From assembly GCF_036389035.1 (NCBI RefSeq), contig NZ_DASVQQ010000027.1: 64,000 nt of DNA; one strand, given 5' to 3'. Under the pieces are notes generated by a model, which saw only the letters and a program-made list of their open reading frames with translations, had not been told where the DNA came from and made no database searches. The stretch comes from Jatrophihabitans sp. Lineage in GTDB: Bacteria > Actinomycetota > Actinomycetes > Mycobacteriales > Jatrophihabitantaceae. Position 1 is the first letter of the stretch, and the number at the start of each line of letters is the position of its first letter. The position numbers were made by a program, and so were the translations under genes. Shown here piece by piece: positions 44,142 through 52,533 of the stretch.

Positions 44142-44528
44142 TCAGCCGACCAGCGTCTCCAGCAGGTGCTGTAGTTGCCTCGCCGGGTCCCCGGTCACGC
44201 CGCCGTGGATCGGCCCCGGTTGGATGACGGTGCTGCGTGGAGCGGCCAGCCAACCGAACCGCTGGCCCAGGCTGATCCCGGCCCCGGCGACCGGATCGGC
44301 CTGACCGCAGCAGTGCGCCTCGATGGCCGCCAGCGCCGACCGGGTCGCCTCCAGGTCGAGCTCGGGCGCCAACGCCAGCAGCCGGGCCTCCTGCAGCCGG
44401 CTACCGGCGCACAGATAGTCGGCGCTCTGGCTGTAGAGCACCACCCCGACGTTGACGAACTCCTCCCGGTCCACCCGCGGCACGCAGCGCAGCACCACGT
44501 ACTGGAACCCGTGCCGGCTCATGGTCAT
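44142..44528 (-). CDS. DUF3037 family protein
   Basis: FQYVVLRCVPRVDREEFVNVGVVL, RFGWLAAPRSTVIQPGPIH. Confidence 0.9.
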   Translation of the reverse strand: MTMSRHGFQYVVLRCVPRVDREEFVNVGVVLYSQSADYLCAGSRLQEARLLALAPELDLEATRSALAAIEAHCCGQADPVAGAGISLGQRFGWLAAPRSTVIQPGPIHGGVTGDPARQLQHLLETLVG

Positions 44529-44614
44529 CGGCTCTTCGCGCAAGCGCTCATCGCTGCCACTCGCTCCGGTCCTCGCTCATGCCGCTCGCTGCGATCCTCG
44601 CTCATGCCGCTCAT
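44525..44614 (-). repeat. MIRU-like spacer encoding a 29-codon coupled mini-ORF
   Basis: Shares 23/24 nt core GCTCTTCGCGC(A/T)AGCGCTCATCGC with 37522 and 37605; ATGA overlaps at both ends; internal 25-bp duplication. Confidence 0.85.
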
Positions 44615-45375
44615 GCCGCGACCGCCCTCGGCAGCCAGTTGCGGTCGCCGGCCAGCCGGGCCAGCAGGTAGTCCAGGTAGCGCTGGCGCACCGCGGCGGG
44701 CTCGGCGTTCTCCGGCTCCAGCCACTCGTCCGGAACCTGGGCCAGCACCTCTTCGAGCAGCCGGCGGTCGACCAGCGGCGCCAGCGCCCGGTCGGCCTCG
44801 GCCACTCCGGCGACATGGGAGACCAGCGCGTGCTCCGATGCGTCGTAGGGCTGCCGGGCGAAGCGCTGCGGATCGGCGCCCGGCCGGGACCAGCCGTGGT
44901 GGAAGTACAGCGCGGCGCCGTGGTCGATCAACCATAGCCGGCGGTGCCAGATCAGCAGGTTCGGGTTGCGCCAGCTGCGGTCGACATTGGCGGTGAACGC
45001 GTCCAGCCACAGGATGCGGGCCGCCTCCGCCGGGTCGGCCGGATAGCCGGCGTCCCAGCCGAACGAGCCGGGCAAGAAGTCGACGGCCAGGTTCAGCCCG
45101 ACGCTGGCGTTGAGCAGGTCCTGCACCTCTTGATCCGCCTCGTAGCGGGCGATCACCGGGTCCAGCTCCAGGGCTCGCAGCTCGGGGACGCGCAGGTCCA
45201 GCCGGCGGGCGAGTTCGCCGACCACCACCTCGGCCACCAGCGCCTTCAAGCCCTGACCCGCGCCCCGGAACTTCACCACGTAGGTGCCCAGGTCATCGGC
45301 CTCGACGATGCCGGGCAACGAGCCGCCCTCGCGCAACGGGGTCACGTAACGGCTGGCCTGCACAGTGCCAATCAC
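44611..45375 (-). CDS. HipA-like Ser/Thr kinase
   Basis: Gly loop REGGSLP, YVVKF lysine, catalytic NVDR..NPN, IDHG. Confidence 0.85.
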   Translation of the reverse strand: MIGTVQASRYVTPLREGGSLPGIVEADDLGTYVVKFRGAGQGLKALVAEVVVGELARRLDLRVPELRALELDPVIARYEADQEVQDLLNASVGLNLAVDFLPGSFGWDAGYPADPAEAARILWLDAFTANVDRSWRNPNLLIWHRRLWLIDHGAALYFHHGWSRPGADPQRFARQPYDASEHALVSHVAGVAEADRALAPLVDRRLLEEVLAQVPDEWLEPENAEPAAVRQRYLDYLLARLAGDRNWLPRAVAA

Positions 45376-45545
45376 GCCTGCAGCCTAGGGCAGTCCCTCG
45401 CGCGGCCAGGACTGTCAGTGGCATCGCCTAACTTCGGCCATCTCGACCAGTTGGAGCGTTGACAGCTGTGATGCAGGTCACTAGTAAAGGAACGGGTAGC
45501 CGGCCGTCGTCGCCCGCGCTGCTGAACTCCATCGAAAGGACAGTC

Positions 45546-47156
45546 ATGAAAAGAGCAAACTCCGCCGGGTCCACCGTGCCCGCCCGCGGCAGGAGCAGGG
45601 TTCGGCGTCGGATCTGGGCGGCGGTCGCGATCGCGGCCGGCTCGGTGACGGTGGCCGCGGCGTCGGTCACCGCTGTCAGCAGCGCCACCCCGAGTGCGAC
45701 CGCGAACCAGACCGCGAACCAGACCGTGAGTCAGGCCGTGAGCGCGAACCGGGGCGGCGGCCAGGTCAAGCGCGACGTGATCGTCAACCTGTGGGAGTGG
45801 AACTGGGTCTCCATCGCCCGCGAATGCAAGACGGTGCTGGGCCCGAAGGGCTTCGGCGGCGTGCAGGTGGCGCCGCCGCAGGACTCCCTGTCCAAGACCG
45901 ATGGCCCGGTGCATCCGTGGTGGGAGGTCTACCAGCCCGTCAGCTACAGCCTCACCAGCCGGATGGGCAACGAGGCGCAGTTCAAGTCAATGGTGGCCAC
46001 CTGCCGCAAGGCCGGGGTCAAGGTCTACGTCGACGCGATCATCAATCACATGACCGGCCAGGGCAACCTGTCCTACGGCGGGCGCAGCTACACCAAGTAC
46101 GAGTACGAGGGCCTCTACACCCGCGAGAACTTCCACCGGACGCCCACTGACTGCCCCAGCCCGAGCGGCAATATCGAGGATTTCAACAACATCCTGCAGG
46201 TCACCAAGTGCGAGCTGGTCAGCCTGTCCGACCTGCGCACCGAGACCAGCTACGTCCGCAACCGGGTGGCGGGTTACCTGAACAAGCTGCTCAGCTATGG
46301 GGTTTCGGGATTCCGGGTGGACGCCGCCAAGCACGTCGGCCAGGCCGATCTGGACGCCATCAAGCGGCTGCTGCGCAAGACCGTGGACGGCACCCGTCCT
46401 TTCTGGGCCCTCGAGGTGGTGCCCGGCGGTCCGGGCAAGCTGTCCCCGTGGGCCTTCCTTGGCCAGGGCCACCTGTTCGGCTTCGACTACGCCGGCCAGC
46501 TCCGCGACGCGTTCAAGAGCTACACCACCCCGCCGGGCGGCAACATCACCGCTCTGAAGGTCTTCGGCGAGCAGGCCGGCCTGCTGCCGAGTGAGAAGTC
46601 AGTGGTGTTCGTGCAGAACCACGACACCGAGCGCAACGGTTCGACCCTGAACTACAAGGACGGCGCCGCCAACATCCTGGCGCACGAGTTCATGCTCGCC
46701 TACCCCTACGGCACCCCGCAGGTCTACTCCAGCTTCGCCTGGACCGACCCCGAGGGCTCGCCGCCCGCCGACGCCCGGGGCTTCGTCACCAACACCGACT
46801 GCGACGCGGGCTGGATCTGCACCCACCGCGCCAAGGGGGTTCTCAACATGGTCGGCTGGCACAACTACGTCGGTGACGCCAAGCTCACCAACTGGGCCGA
46901 CGACGGGGTCAACCTGATCGCCTTCAGCCGCGGTCACCGTGGCTGGTTCGCGGTGAACAACGGCGCAGTCGACAAGACCATGAGGTTCCAGACCGGACTG
47001 CCGCGCGGCACCTACTGCGACATCATCCACGGCAGCTTGAACGGTGGGGACTGCACGGGACGCACCTTCACGGTCGACAACCAGGGCTACGCCAGGGTGC
47101 GGGTGCCTGCCAAGGACGCGGTTGCCTTCACCGCGAAGGACCGGGAACGCCGCTAG
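45546..47156 (+). CDS. Secreted GH13 alpha-amylase (Streptomyces type)
   Basis: HPWWEVYQPVSY, DAIINH, GFRVDAAKH, FVQNHD, C-terminal beta domain; GAAAGGA RBS. Confidence 0.93.
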   Translation: MKRANSAGSTVPARGRSRVRRRIWAAVAIAAGSVTVAAASVTAVSSATPSATANQTANQTVSQAVSANRGGGQVKRDVIVNLWEWNWVSIARECKTVLGPKGFGGVQVAPPQDSLSKTDGPVHPWWEVYQPVSYSLTSRMGNEAQFKSMVATCRKAGVKVYVDAIINHMTGQGNLSYGGRSYTKYEYEGLYTRENFHRTPTDCPSPSGNIEDFNNILQVTKCELVSLSDLRTETSYVRNRVAGYLNKLLSYGVSGFRVDAAKHVGQADLDAIKRLLRKTVDGTRPFWALEVVPGGPGKLSPWAFLGQGHLFGFDYAGQLRDAFKSYTTPPGGNITALKVFGEQAGLLPSEKSVVFVQNHDTERNGSTLNYKDGAANILAHEFMLAYPYGTPQVYSSFAWTDPEGSPPADARGFVTNTDCDAGWICTHRAKGVLNMVGWHNYVGDAKLTNWADDGVNLIAFSRGHRGWFAVNNGAVDKTMRFQTGLPRGTYCDIIHGSLNGGDCTGRTFTVDNQGYARVRVPAKDAVAFTAKDRERR

Positions 47157-47181
47157 CGACGCGCCGCTAGCCACGGCCGGT

Positions 47182-47223
47182 CGGCCGAGCCTTGACACCG
47201 GTTCTCACATCAAGGCTCGGCCG
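47182..47223 (+). terminator. 14-bp stem inverted repeat after the amylase
   Basis: CGGCCGAGCCTTGA-N14-TCAAGGCTCGGCCG. Confidence 0.65.
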
Positions 47224-47290
47224 GCAAGGCTGCGACTCTGAGGTTATCCACAGTTCCGCCGCCTTCGAGGCGTCAAAACAACAGCTCGGG

Positions 47291-47305
47291 TAGAATAGGT
47301 ATATG
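47291..47305 (+). promoter_or_regulatory. -10 hexamer TAGAAT, probable leaderless start
   Basis: TAGAAT 47291-47296, ATG at 47303, no SD sequence. Confidence 0.55.
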
Positions 47306-48163
47306 GATTCCAGCTCCGGGCGCGGTGGCCAAGGCGGTGGGGTCGCCTTATGGCCGCTCGCCGGACGTGACCAGCTGCTGAATGTGTACCGGCCCGGCGC
47401 GCAGCCCAGCGAAGGCCCGCTGCGCACACTTCGCTCACATCATTTGCTCTCAGACGGCGTGCGCATCCCCTTCGTTGAGCACAACCGGTTGAGTGGCCAG
47501 ATGAGGATGTTCTGCTCGCTCAACCTCGACGCTGTTCGATGGGCCCGGCACGGTGAAACCGCCGCAGCCGCTGCTGCCGCCGCCGCTGCGGCTGAGATCG
47601 AGCAGGGCACTGATTTCGGAAGTCTGTGCAAGCTGTTGTCCACGCGTAGCCCGGCGGAGATCCGCCTTGTCGGGGCCGGCAGCGTCGGAGCAGCCGCAAT
47701 CGATGGCGAACTCGGCGCGCTACTTCGGCGCATCGCCGTCAAGACTGAGCGGTTACGAACGGAGGTGCACAACCGCTGGCAGACGTCATGGGAGCACACG
47801 ACCGTCGGGTGGGTCCTGAGACGTCAGGATGATTTCGTGTTGATGGCAACGAACGAGGGCTTTCGGACCCAGGTGCCGTTGCACTGGGCACTGAGGATTC
47901 ATCGCGCCGATGCCGGGCAGGCACTCGTGCTCATCATCGAAGACTTGGACCACGTCGCGATCCATAGCGTTTTTCCGGGCTTGTGGCTCAGCGACCCGGG
48001 GCTTGCCGAGCAGCCGGTGACCAGAGTTGAACGCCCAGGTTCGGTGGATGTGGTGTTCGGCGGTCCTCGTACACCGCGTGTCTCCATCTCCGACGCAGAC
48101 GCTGACCGTCTGGAGAAATCTGAGCCGTTGCGAGTGCTCGTGCCCGTGTCCGTATCTGAATGA
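47303..48163 (+). CDS. Hypothetical protein (candidate antitoxin/partner)
   Basis: 286-aa ORF with a promoter-like upstream, lower GC than its neighbours and ATGA coupling to the next gene; no family recognised. Confidence 0.65.
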   Translation: MDSSSGRGGQGGGVALWPLAGRDQLLNVYRPGAQPSEGPLRTLRSHHLLSDGVRIPFVEHNRLSGQMRMFCSLNLDAVRWARHGETAAAAAAAAAAAEIEQGTDFGSLCKLLSTRSPAEIRLVGAGSVGAAAIDGELGALLRRIAVKTERLRTEVHNRWQTSWEHTTVGWVLRRQDDFVLMATNEGFRTQVPLHWALRIHRADAGQALVLIIEDLDHVAIHSVFPGLWLSDPGLAEQPVTRVERPGSVDVVFGGPRTPRVSISDADADRLEKSEPLRVLVPVSVSE

Positions 48164-48678
48164 GCCCGCCGTGGCAGGTGCGAGCCGCATGTGCTGAAGA
48201 CGCGGAGCTGGTCAAGGCCTTTCGATGCGCTGATCCGCGAGCCGCGTACGAGCTGGAGGCCGAACGGTTCATCACCACAACGGTGTTGGCCTGGGGGCTC
48301 GATCCGTATGCCGCCAGCGGCGACCCCAGGCTGTTGCTGCTCTTCGACAAGGCAAGCGGTGCGCTGGTGGGCCTGGTGGCCCACGAGCAGTCCACTTTAG
48401 CTGCGAACGATGGTCGTGAATTCTTGGCCAGCAAAGTCGAGGTCGCCGCGGTGGCCTCGGCTTGGCAGGGCAAGCGATTCAGCGACGGCACCCGCGTCAG
48501 TGACGTCTTGATGTCTGCCTTGGTCGCCGATATCACTGCTCGGGTCCCTGGGCGCGACGCCCGCATGTGGGCGTACGTGCACACCGAGAACGTCCGATCC
48601 ATCGCGATGTGTCGACGTGCCGGAATGCTCAATGAGCTGGCTGGCGCCCCTGACGGCTACCTGCTGCTTTCCAGCTGA
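48160..48678 (+). CDS. GNAT-fold acetyltransferase resembling tRNA-acetylating toxins
   Basis: VKAFRCAD N-terminal motif, VAAVASAWQGKR acetyl-CoA loop, AYVHTENVRSIAMCRRAG. Confidence 0.7.
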   Translation: MSPPWQVRAACAEDAELVKAFRCADPRAAYELEAERFITTTVLAWGLDPYAASGDPRLLLLFDKASGALVGLVAHEQSTLAANDGREFLASKVEVAAVASAWQGKRFSDGTRVSDVLMSALVADITARVPGRDARMWAYVHTENVRSIAMCRRAGMLNELAGAPDGYLLLSS

Positions 48679-48717
48679 TTGGTCTCGTGATCCCAAACCT
48701 CACCGGCGATGCTGAGC

Positions 48718-49650
48718 TCAGCGCACCTCGTCGGGGGAGCGGGGCGGGTCGTCCTTGGCCAGCCGATGCTGGTCCTCGATCTCCTGACGTTCCTCGACCC
48801 GCTTCTTGATCCGGCCCAGCCCGGGCAACGAGCCGAGGATCTCGTTGAGTTCCTTGCTGGTGTCGAGCAGGTCGCGAAGGTCCGGCGCCACCGTGCCCAT
48901 GGTCTTCATGATCGGCAGGACGTCGTTCTCCACCGCCCGCACCAGCTCGGGCAGCGTGTCGATGAGTTGGATGGCGGCGTCGACCTCGGCCGGGCTGGTC
49001 GATTCGGCCAGCCGGTTCAACACTGGCTCCAGGCCGCGCAGCGACGGCTCGAACCGCTCCAGCAGTCCGTCGGCGCGGCCCACCAGCTCGCCGGCCCGCT
49101 CAACCAGCGGGTCGGTCTGACCCAGCGCCGCGCCGGTGCGTTCCATCAGGGGTTCGGTGCTGTCGAGCACCGCGCCGGTGCGTTGGATGAGGGGTTCGGT
49201 GCTGTTCAGCACCGCGGCGGTCCGTTCGATCAGGGGTTCGGTGCTGTCGAGCACCGCGCCGGTCCGCTGGATGAGGGGCTCGGTGCTGTCGATGACCGCG
49301 CCTGACCGCTCGATCAGGGGTTCGGTGCTGTCGAGCACCGCGGCGGTCCGTTTGATCAGCGGTTCGGTGCTGTCGATGACCGCGCTCGATCGCTCCACCA
49401 GGGCGCCGGTCCGCTCAATCAGCTGCTCGCTGCCAACCAGCACCCGATCAGCCCGCTGGACGATCGTGCGGGCCTGGCGCTGGGTTTCATCGACCTCGCT
49501 CATGACCACGTTCACCTTTGCCACCACGCCCTCGATCTGGCCGATCAGGGTGATGACCCTGGGCACCAGGGCGATGGCCTGCTCGATCGCCTCATAGCCG
49601 CCCTCGGCCAGCCGCAGCAGATCCCGCGGTCCAGGAACACCAAGCCGCAT
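48718..49650 (-). CDS. Helical repeat protein with 14-aa tandem repeats
   Basis: R(T/S)xAV(L/I)DSTEPL(I/M)x six times plus one degenerate unit. Confidence 0.8.
   Translation of the reverse strand: MRLGVPGPRDLLRLAEGGYEAIEQAIALVPRVITLIGQIEGVVAKVNVVMSEVDETQRQARTIVQRADRVLVGSEQLIERTGALVERSSAVIDSTEPLIKRTAAVLDSTEPLIERSGAVIDSTEPLIQRTGAVLDSTEPLIERTAAVLNSTEPLIQRTGAVLDSTEPLMERTGAALGQTDPLVERAGELVGRADGLLERFEPSLRGLEPVLNRLAESTSPAEVDAAIQLIDTLPELVRAVENDVLPIMKTMGTVAPDLRDLLDTSKELNEILGSLPGLGRIKKRVEERQEIEDQHRLAKDDPPRSPDEVR
49100..49400 (-). repeat. 42-bp tandem repeat, about 7 units
   Basis: GGTTCGGTGCTGT-type core recurring every 42 bp from 49151 to 49361. Confidence 0.92.
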
Positions 49651-49809
49651 CCAGACACCTCGTCACCTTCTCAGCCACGCCGCTCGAAGGCCGAGCGCCG
49701 CGGAGCCGGGAGAATCGCGCCAGCCACCTGGCGGTGCTGCCACCCTAACGGTGAGCCGGGCGTGGCTGTCGGTTGTCGCAGTGCCGCCCAGGAGCTTGCG
49801 ACGTTTACA

Positions 49810-50991
49810 GTGGTGCCCGTGCAGGATTCTCCGGTGCTGCTGGCCGTCGATGGCAATTCGCTGGTCCACCGCAGCTTCCACTCCCAGGCCGGCACCGGGC
49901 TGCGCGCAGCCGACGGCCGGCCGCTGTGGGCGATCCGGGGACTGCTGACCCAGTTGGTGGCGGCGGCCGAGCGGATCTGCCCCACCGCCATCCTGGTCGG
50001 CTTCGACGATCCGGTCGCCAGCGTGCGGCGCACCCGCTGGCCCCAGTACAAGGCCAGCCGCACCGAGAAGCTGCAGAACCTGGTCTCCCAACTGGACGGC
50101 GCTGCCGAGGTGCTGCGGCGCATGGGCGTGGCAGTAGTGGTGCCTGAGGGGCTGGAAGCCGACGACGTGCTGGCCTCGGCCGCCCGGCTCGCTCCGCAGG
50201 TGGGCGCCCGGACCGTCATCATGACCTCTGACCGGGACTCCTTCGCCCTGATCGACGAGCACACCCGGGTGCTGCGGATCATCAACGGCGGAGTGGACGC
50301 CTCACCGCTGCTGACCCCCCAGCTGCTGGCCGTGATGCTCGGCATCCGTCCCGAGCAGTACTGCGACTACGCGGCGTTGCGGGGCGACCCTTCGGACAAC
50401 CTGCCCGGGGTTCGCGGCATCGGCCCCAAGACGGCAGCCAGGCTGCTGACCACCCTGGGCACCGCCGCGGCGGTGTTCGACGACCTGGCCGCCGGTGGAG
50501 CCCGGGTGAGGGCGGCGGTGGGCAGCGCCGCTGCCAAGCGACTGGCCCAGCCCGAGGCGCGGACGGCCTGGGAACTGAATTGTCAGGTGATGCGGATGCA
50601 CTGCGATGTCGAACTGGGCCTGGATCTCAGCGACATCAGCGGCGGCCCCGGCATGCTGCCGTTGGACCCGGCCGCGGTCGGCGCCGCCTTCCGGGACCAC
50701 GAGCTGACCTGGACGACGCCGGCCGCACTGCAGTTCCTGGCTTACCAGAACCCGCCGGAGCGCCCCGTCGAGCAGGCCTGGTCCTCGGAGCGGACCGGCT
50801 GGTCCTCGGAGCCGCCCGACCTCAGCGGAGCCGAATCACCGCGACGTCCGGCCCCTTCCGGCGGCAGGACGGCCGGGGCGGCCCGGACGCCATCCGAGCA
50901 CGGCCGACCGGGTGGACGCCGGTTCGGAAAGCTGGCCAAGCACGCCAGCCAGCCGAAGGACGCGGCCGTCCAGTTGTCGCTGTTTGATTGA
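49810..50991 (+). CDS. Stand-alone 5'-3' exonuclease / flap endonuclease (FenA-like)
   Basis: VDGNSL, YKASR, EADDV, TSDRD, H3TH LRGDPSDNLPGVRGIGPKTA; no polymerase domain. Confidence 0.9.
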   Translation: MVPVQDSPVLLAVDGNSLVHRSFHSQAGTGLRAADGRPLWAIRGLLTQLVAAAERICPTAILVGFDDPVASVRRTRWPQYKASRTEKLQNLVSQLDGAAEVLRRMGVAVVVPEGLEADDVLASAARLAPQVGARTVIMTSDRDSFALIDEHTRVLRIINGGVDASPLLTPQLLAVMLGIRPEQYCDYAALRGDPSDNLPGVRGIGPKTAARLLTTLGTAAAVFDDLAAGGARVRAAVGSAAAKRLAQPEARTAWELNCQVMRMHCDVELGLDLSDISGGPGMLPLDPAAVGAAFRDHELTWTTPAALQFLAYQNPPERPVEQAWSSERTGWSSEPPDLSGAESPRRPAPSGGRTAGAARTPSEHGRPGGRRFGKLAKHASQPKDAAVQLSLFD

Positions 50992-52521
50992 GTCCCGCCG
51001 CTGGGCCGCCAGCTGCCTCTCGGCCGCGGCCCAGCGTTGGACGGCGGCCCAGTATTCGGTTGCAGCCTGCCGTTCGGCCGTACGGGAAGCGGAGCGCCGG
51101 CGACGGCGCAGCAGGAGCAGCAACACCAGCAGCGTCCCACCGGCGGCCACCGGAGCCAGCCGCTTGGCGATGGCCGGGCCGGCCGAGCCCAGCAGGTCGA
51201 TCGGCTCGACGTCAGCGACCGCCGGTCGGTGTGCGGGCGGCGAGGCCAGGGTGGGCCCCGGCGCCGGCTGAGCCGGCCTGCCGGTTGATGCCACATCGAT
51301 ATCGTTGAGCCGCTGAGCCGGCGGGGCGGCCTCGGCGGCGGCCGCCGGTTCGACGGCCTGCTCATCCGAGGCCGCGCCGGGCAGTGCCACCACCGTCTCA
51401 TCGACGGTGGGATCGGCGGCGGTGTCCGTCAGCGCGGCAGCGGGCTGAGCCAGCCCCGGGCCGGCGACGGCAGAGTCAGGCGCCACCGCCGGGGCGGTCC
51501 GCAGCTCGGCCAGGCCGGCTTCGACCACGCCCGGCTCGGCAAGCCCCGGCCCGCCGGCAGCCGGCCGGTCCGGAGCGGGCGAGCCGACGCCGGAGTCCAC
51601 CTCACCGGCTGACCGGGCGAGGTCCGGTCCGGAGGCCCCCAGCTCCGCGGTGTCGAGGTCCGGGGTGTCGAGGTCTGCGGTGCCCAGCTGCTCGGCACTC
51701 TCGAGATCGGCACTGGCCAGCCGCTCCACGATGTCAGGATCGGCGGCGTCGAGCTGGCTTGCGGGGTCCAATCCGGCGGCGCCAACCCCGCCAGCGCCGA
51801 TCCCGCCAGCGCCGATCCCGCCAGCACCAATCCCGCCAGCGCCGATCCCGGCGACGCCAACCGCGGCGCCAACCCCAGGGACGCCAACTTCCGCGATGCC
51901 GACCCGGTCAGCGCCAGCCCCGCCGGCACCGACCTCGCCGGCGCCGACCTCGCCAGCGCCGACCTCAGCGCCGACCTCGCCAGCGCCGGCGCCGACCTCG
52001 CCAGCGCCAGCCCCAGCGCCGACCCCGCCGGCGCCAACTCCGGTGCCTACCTCGGCTGCGTCCTGACTGCCGGCCTCGGACCCGGTCAGCTTGCCGGCCA
52101 GGCAGTCGGCGAACTGCCCGATCAGCTTGTTGCCGACGTCCACCATCACGCCCCGGCCGAACTGGGCGGGCTTGCCGGTGATGTTGAGGTCGGTGACGAC
52201 GTTGACCGCGGTCTCGCTGCCCTGCGAGGTCAGCGTCGCGGTGATGATGGCCTTGGCGGTGCCGTTGCCGCGAGCGTCCTTGCCCTGGGCGTCGATCACC
52301 GCCCGGTGCCCGACGGCGTCCTTCTCGACGAAGCTGGCCTTGCCCCGGTAGGTGAGACCGATCGGGCCGAGCCGCACCTTGACGGTGCCGGTGAAGTCGT
52401 CGCCGTCCACGGTCTCGATCGCCGCACCCGGCATGCACGGCGCTATTCGTTCGATGTCGAGCAGCACCTTCCAGGCCTGGTCGATCTCGGCCGGCACCGT
52501 GAAGTTGTGGGTGAGCTGCAT
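50836..52521 (-). CDS. coxG: CoxG-like SRPBCC protein with greatly expanded low-complexity linker and C-terminal TM anchor
   Basis: LLDIERIAPCMPGA, GPIGLTY, GKPAQFGRG, QFADCL; then Gly/Ala repeats, TM segment and RRRRR. Confidence 0.8.
   Translation of the reverse strand: MQLTHNFTVPAEIDQAWKVLLDIERIAPCMPGAAIETVDGDDFTGTVKVRLGPIGLTYRGKASFVEKDAVGHRAVIDAQGKDARGNGTAKAIITATLTSQGSETAVNVVTDLNITGKPAQFGRGVMVDVGNKLIGQFADCLAGKLTGSEAGSQDAAEVGTGVGAGGVGAGAGAGEVGAGAGEVGAEVGAGEVGAGEVGAGGAGADRVGIAEVGVPGVGAAVGVAGIGAGGIGAGGIGAGGIGAGGVGAAGLDPASQLDAADPDIVERLASADLESAEQLGTADLDTPDLDTAELGASGPDLARSAGEVDSGVGSPAPDRPAAGGPGLAEPGVVEAGLAELRTAPAVAPDSAVAGPGLAQPAAALTDTAADPTVDETVVALPGAASDEQAVEPAAAAEAAPPAQRLNDIDVASTGRPAQPAPGPTLASPPAHRPAVADVEPIDLLGSAGPAIAKRLAPVAAGGTLLVLLLLLRRRRRSASRTAERQAATEYWAAVQRWAAAERQLAAQRRDSIKQRQLDGRVLRLAGVLGQLSEPASTRSAVLGWRPGRPGRPAAGRGRTSR
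51775..52040 (-). repeat. 15-bp repeats encoding GAGGI and GAGEV in coxG
   Basis: GCCAGCGCCGATCCC-type and GCCGACCTCGCCAGC-type units in tandem. Confidence 0.85.
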
Positions 52522-52533
52522 GCCGGCCCGCTC

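Noticed and set aside
45706-45726. ANQT duplication in the amylase leader
   Set aside because: A trivial 12-bp duplication in a linker.
47244-47252. Replication origin
   Set aside because: A single DnaA box with no cluster, no AT-rich unwinding element and no dnaA/dnaN nearby.
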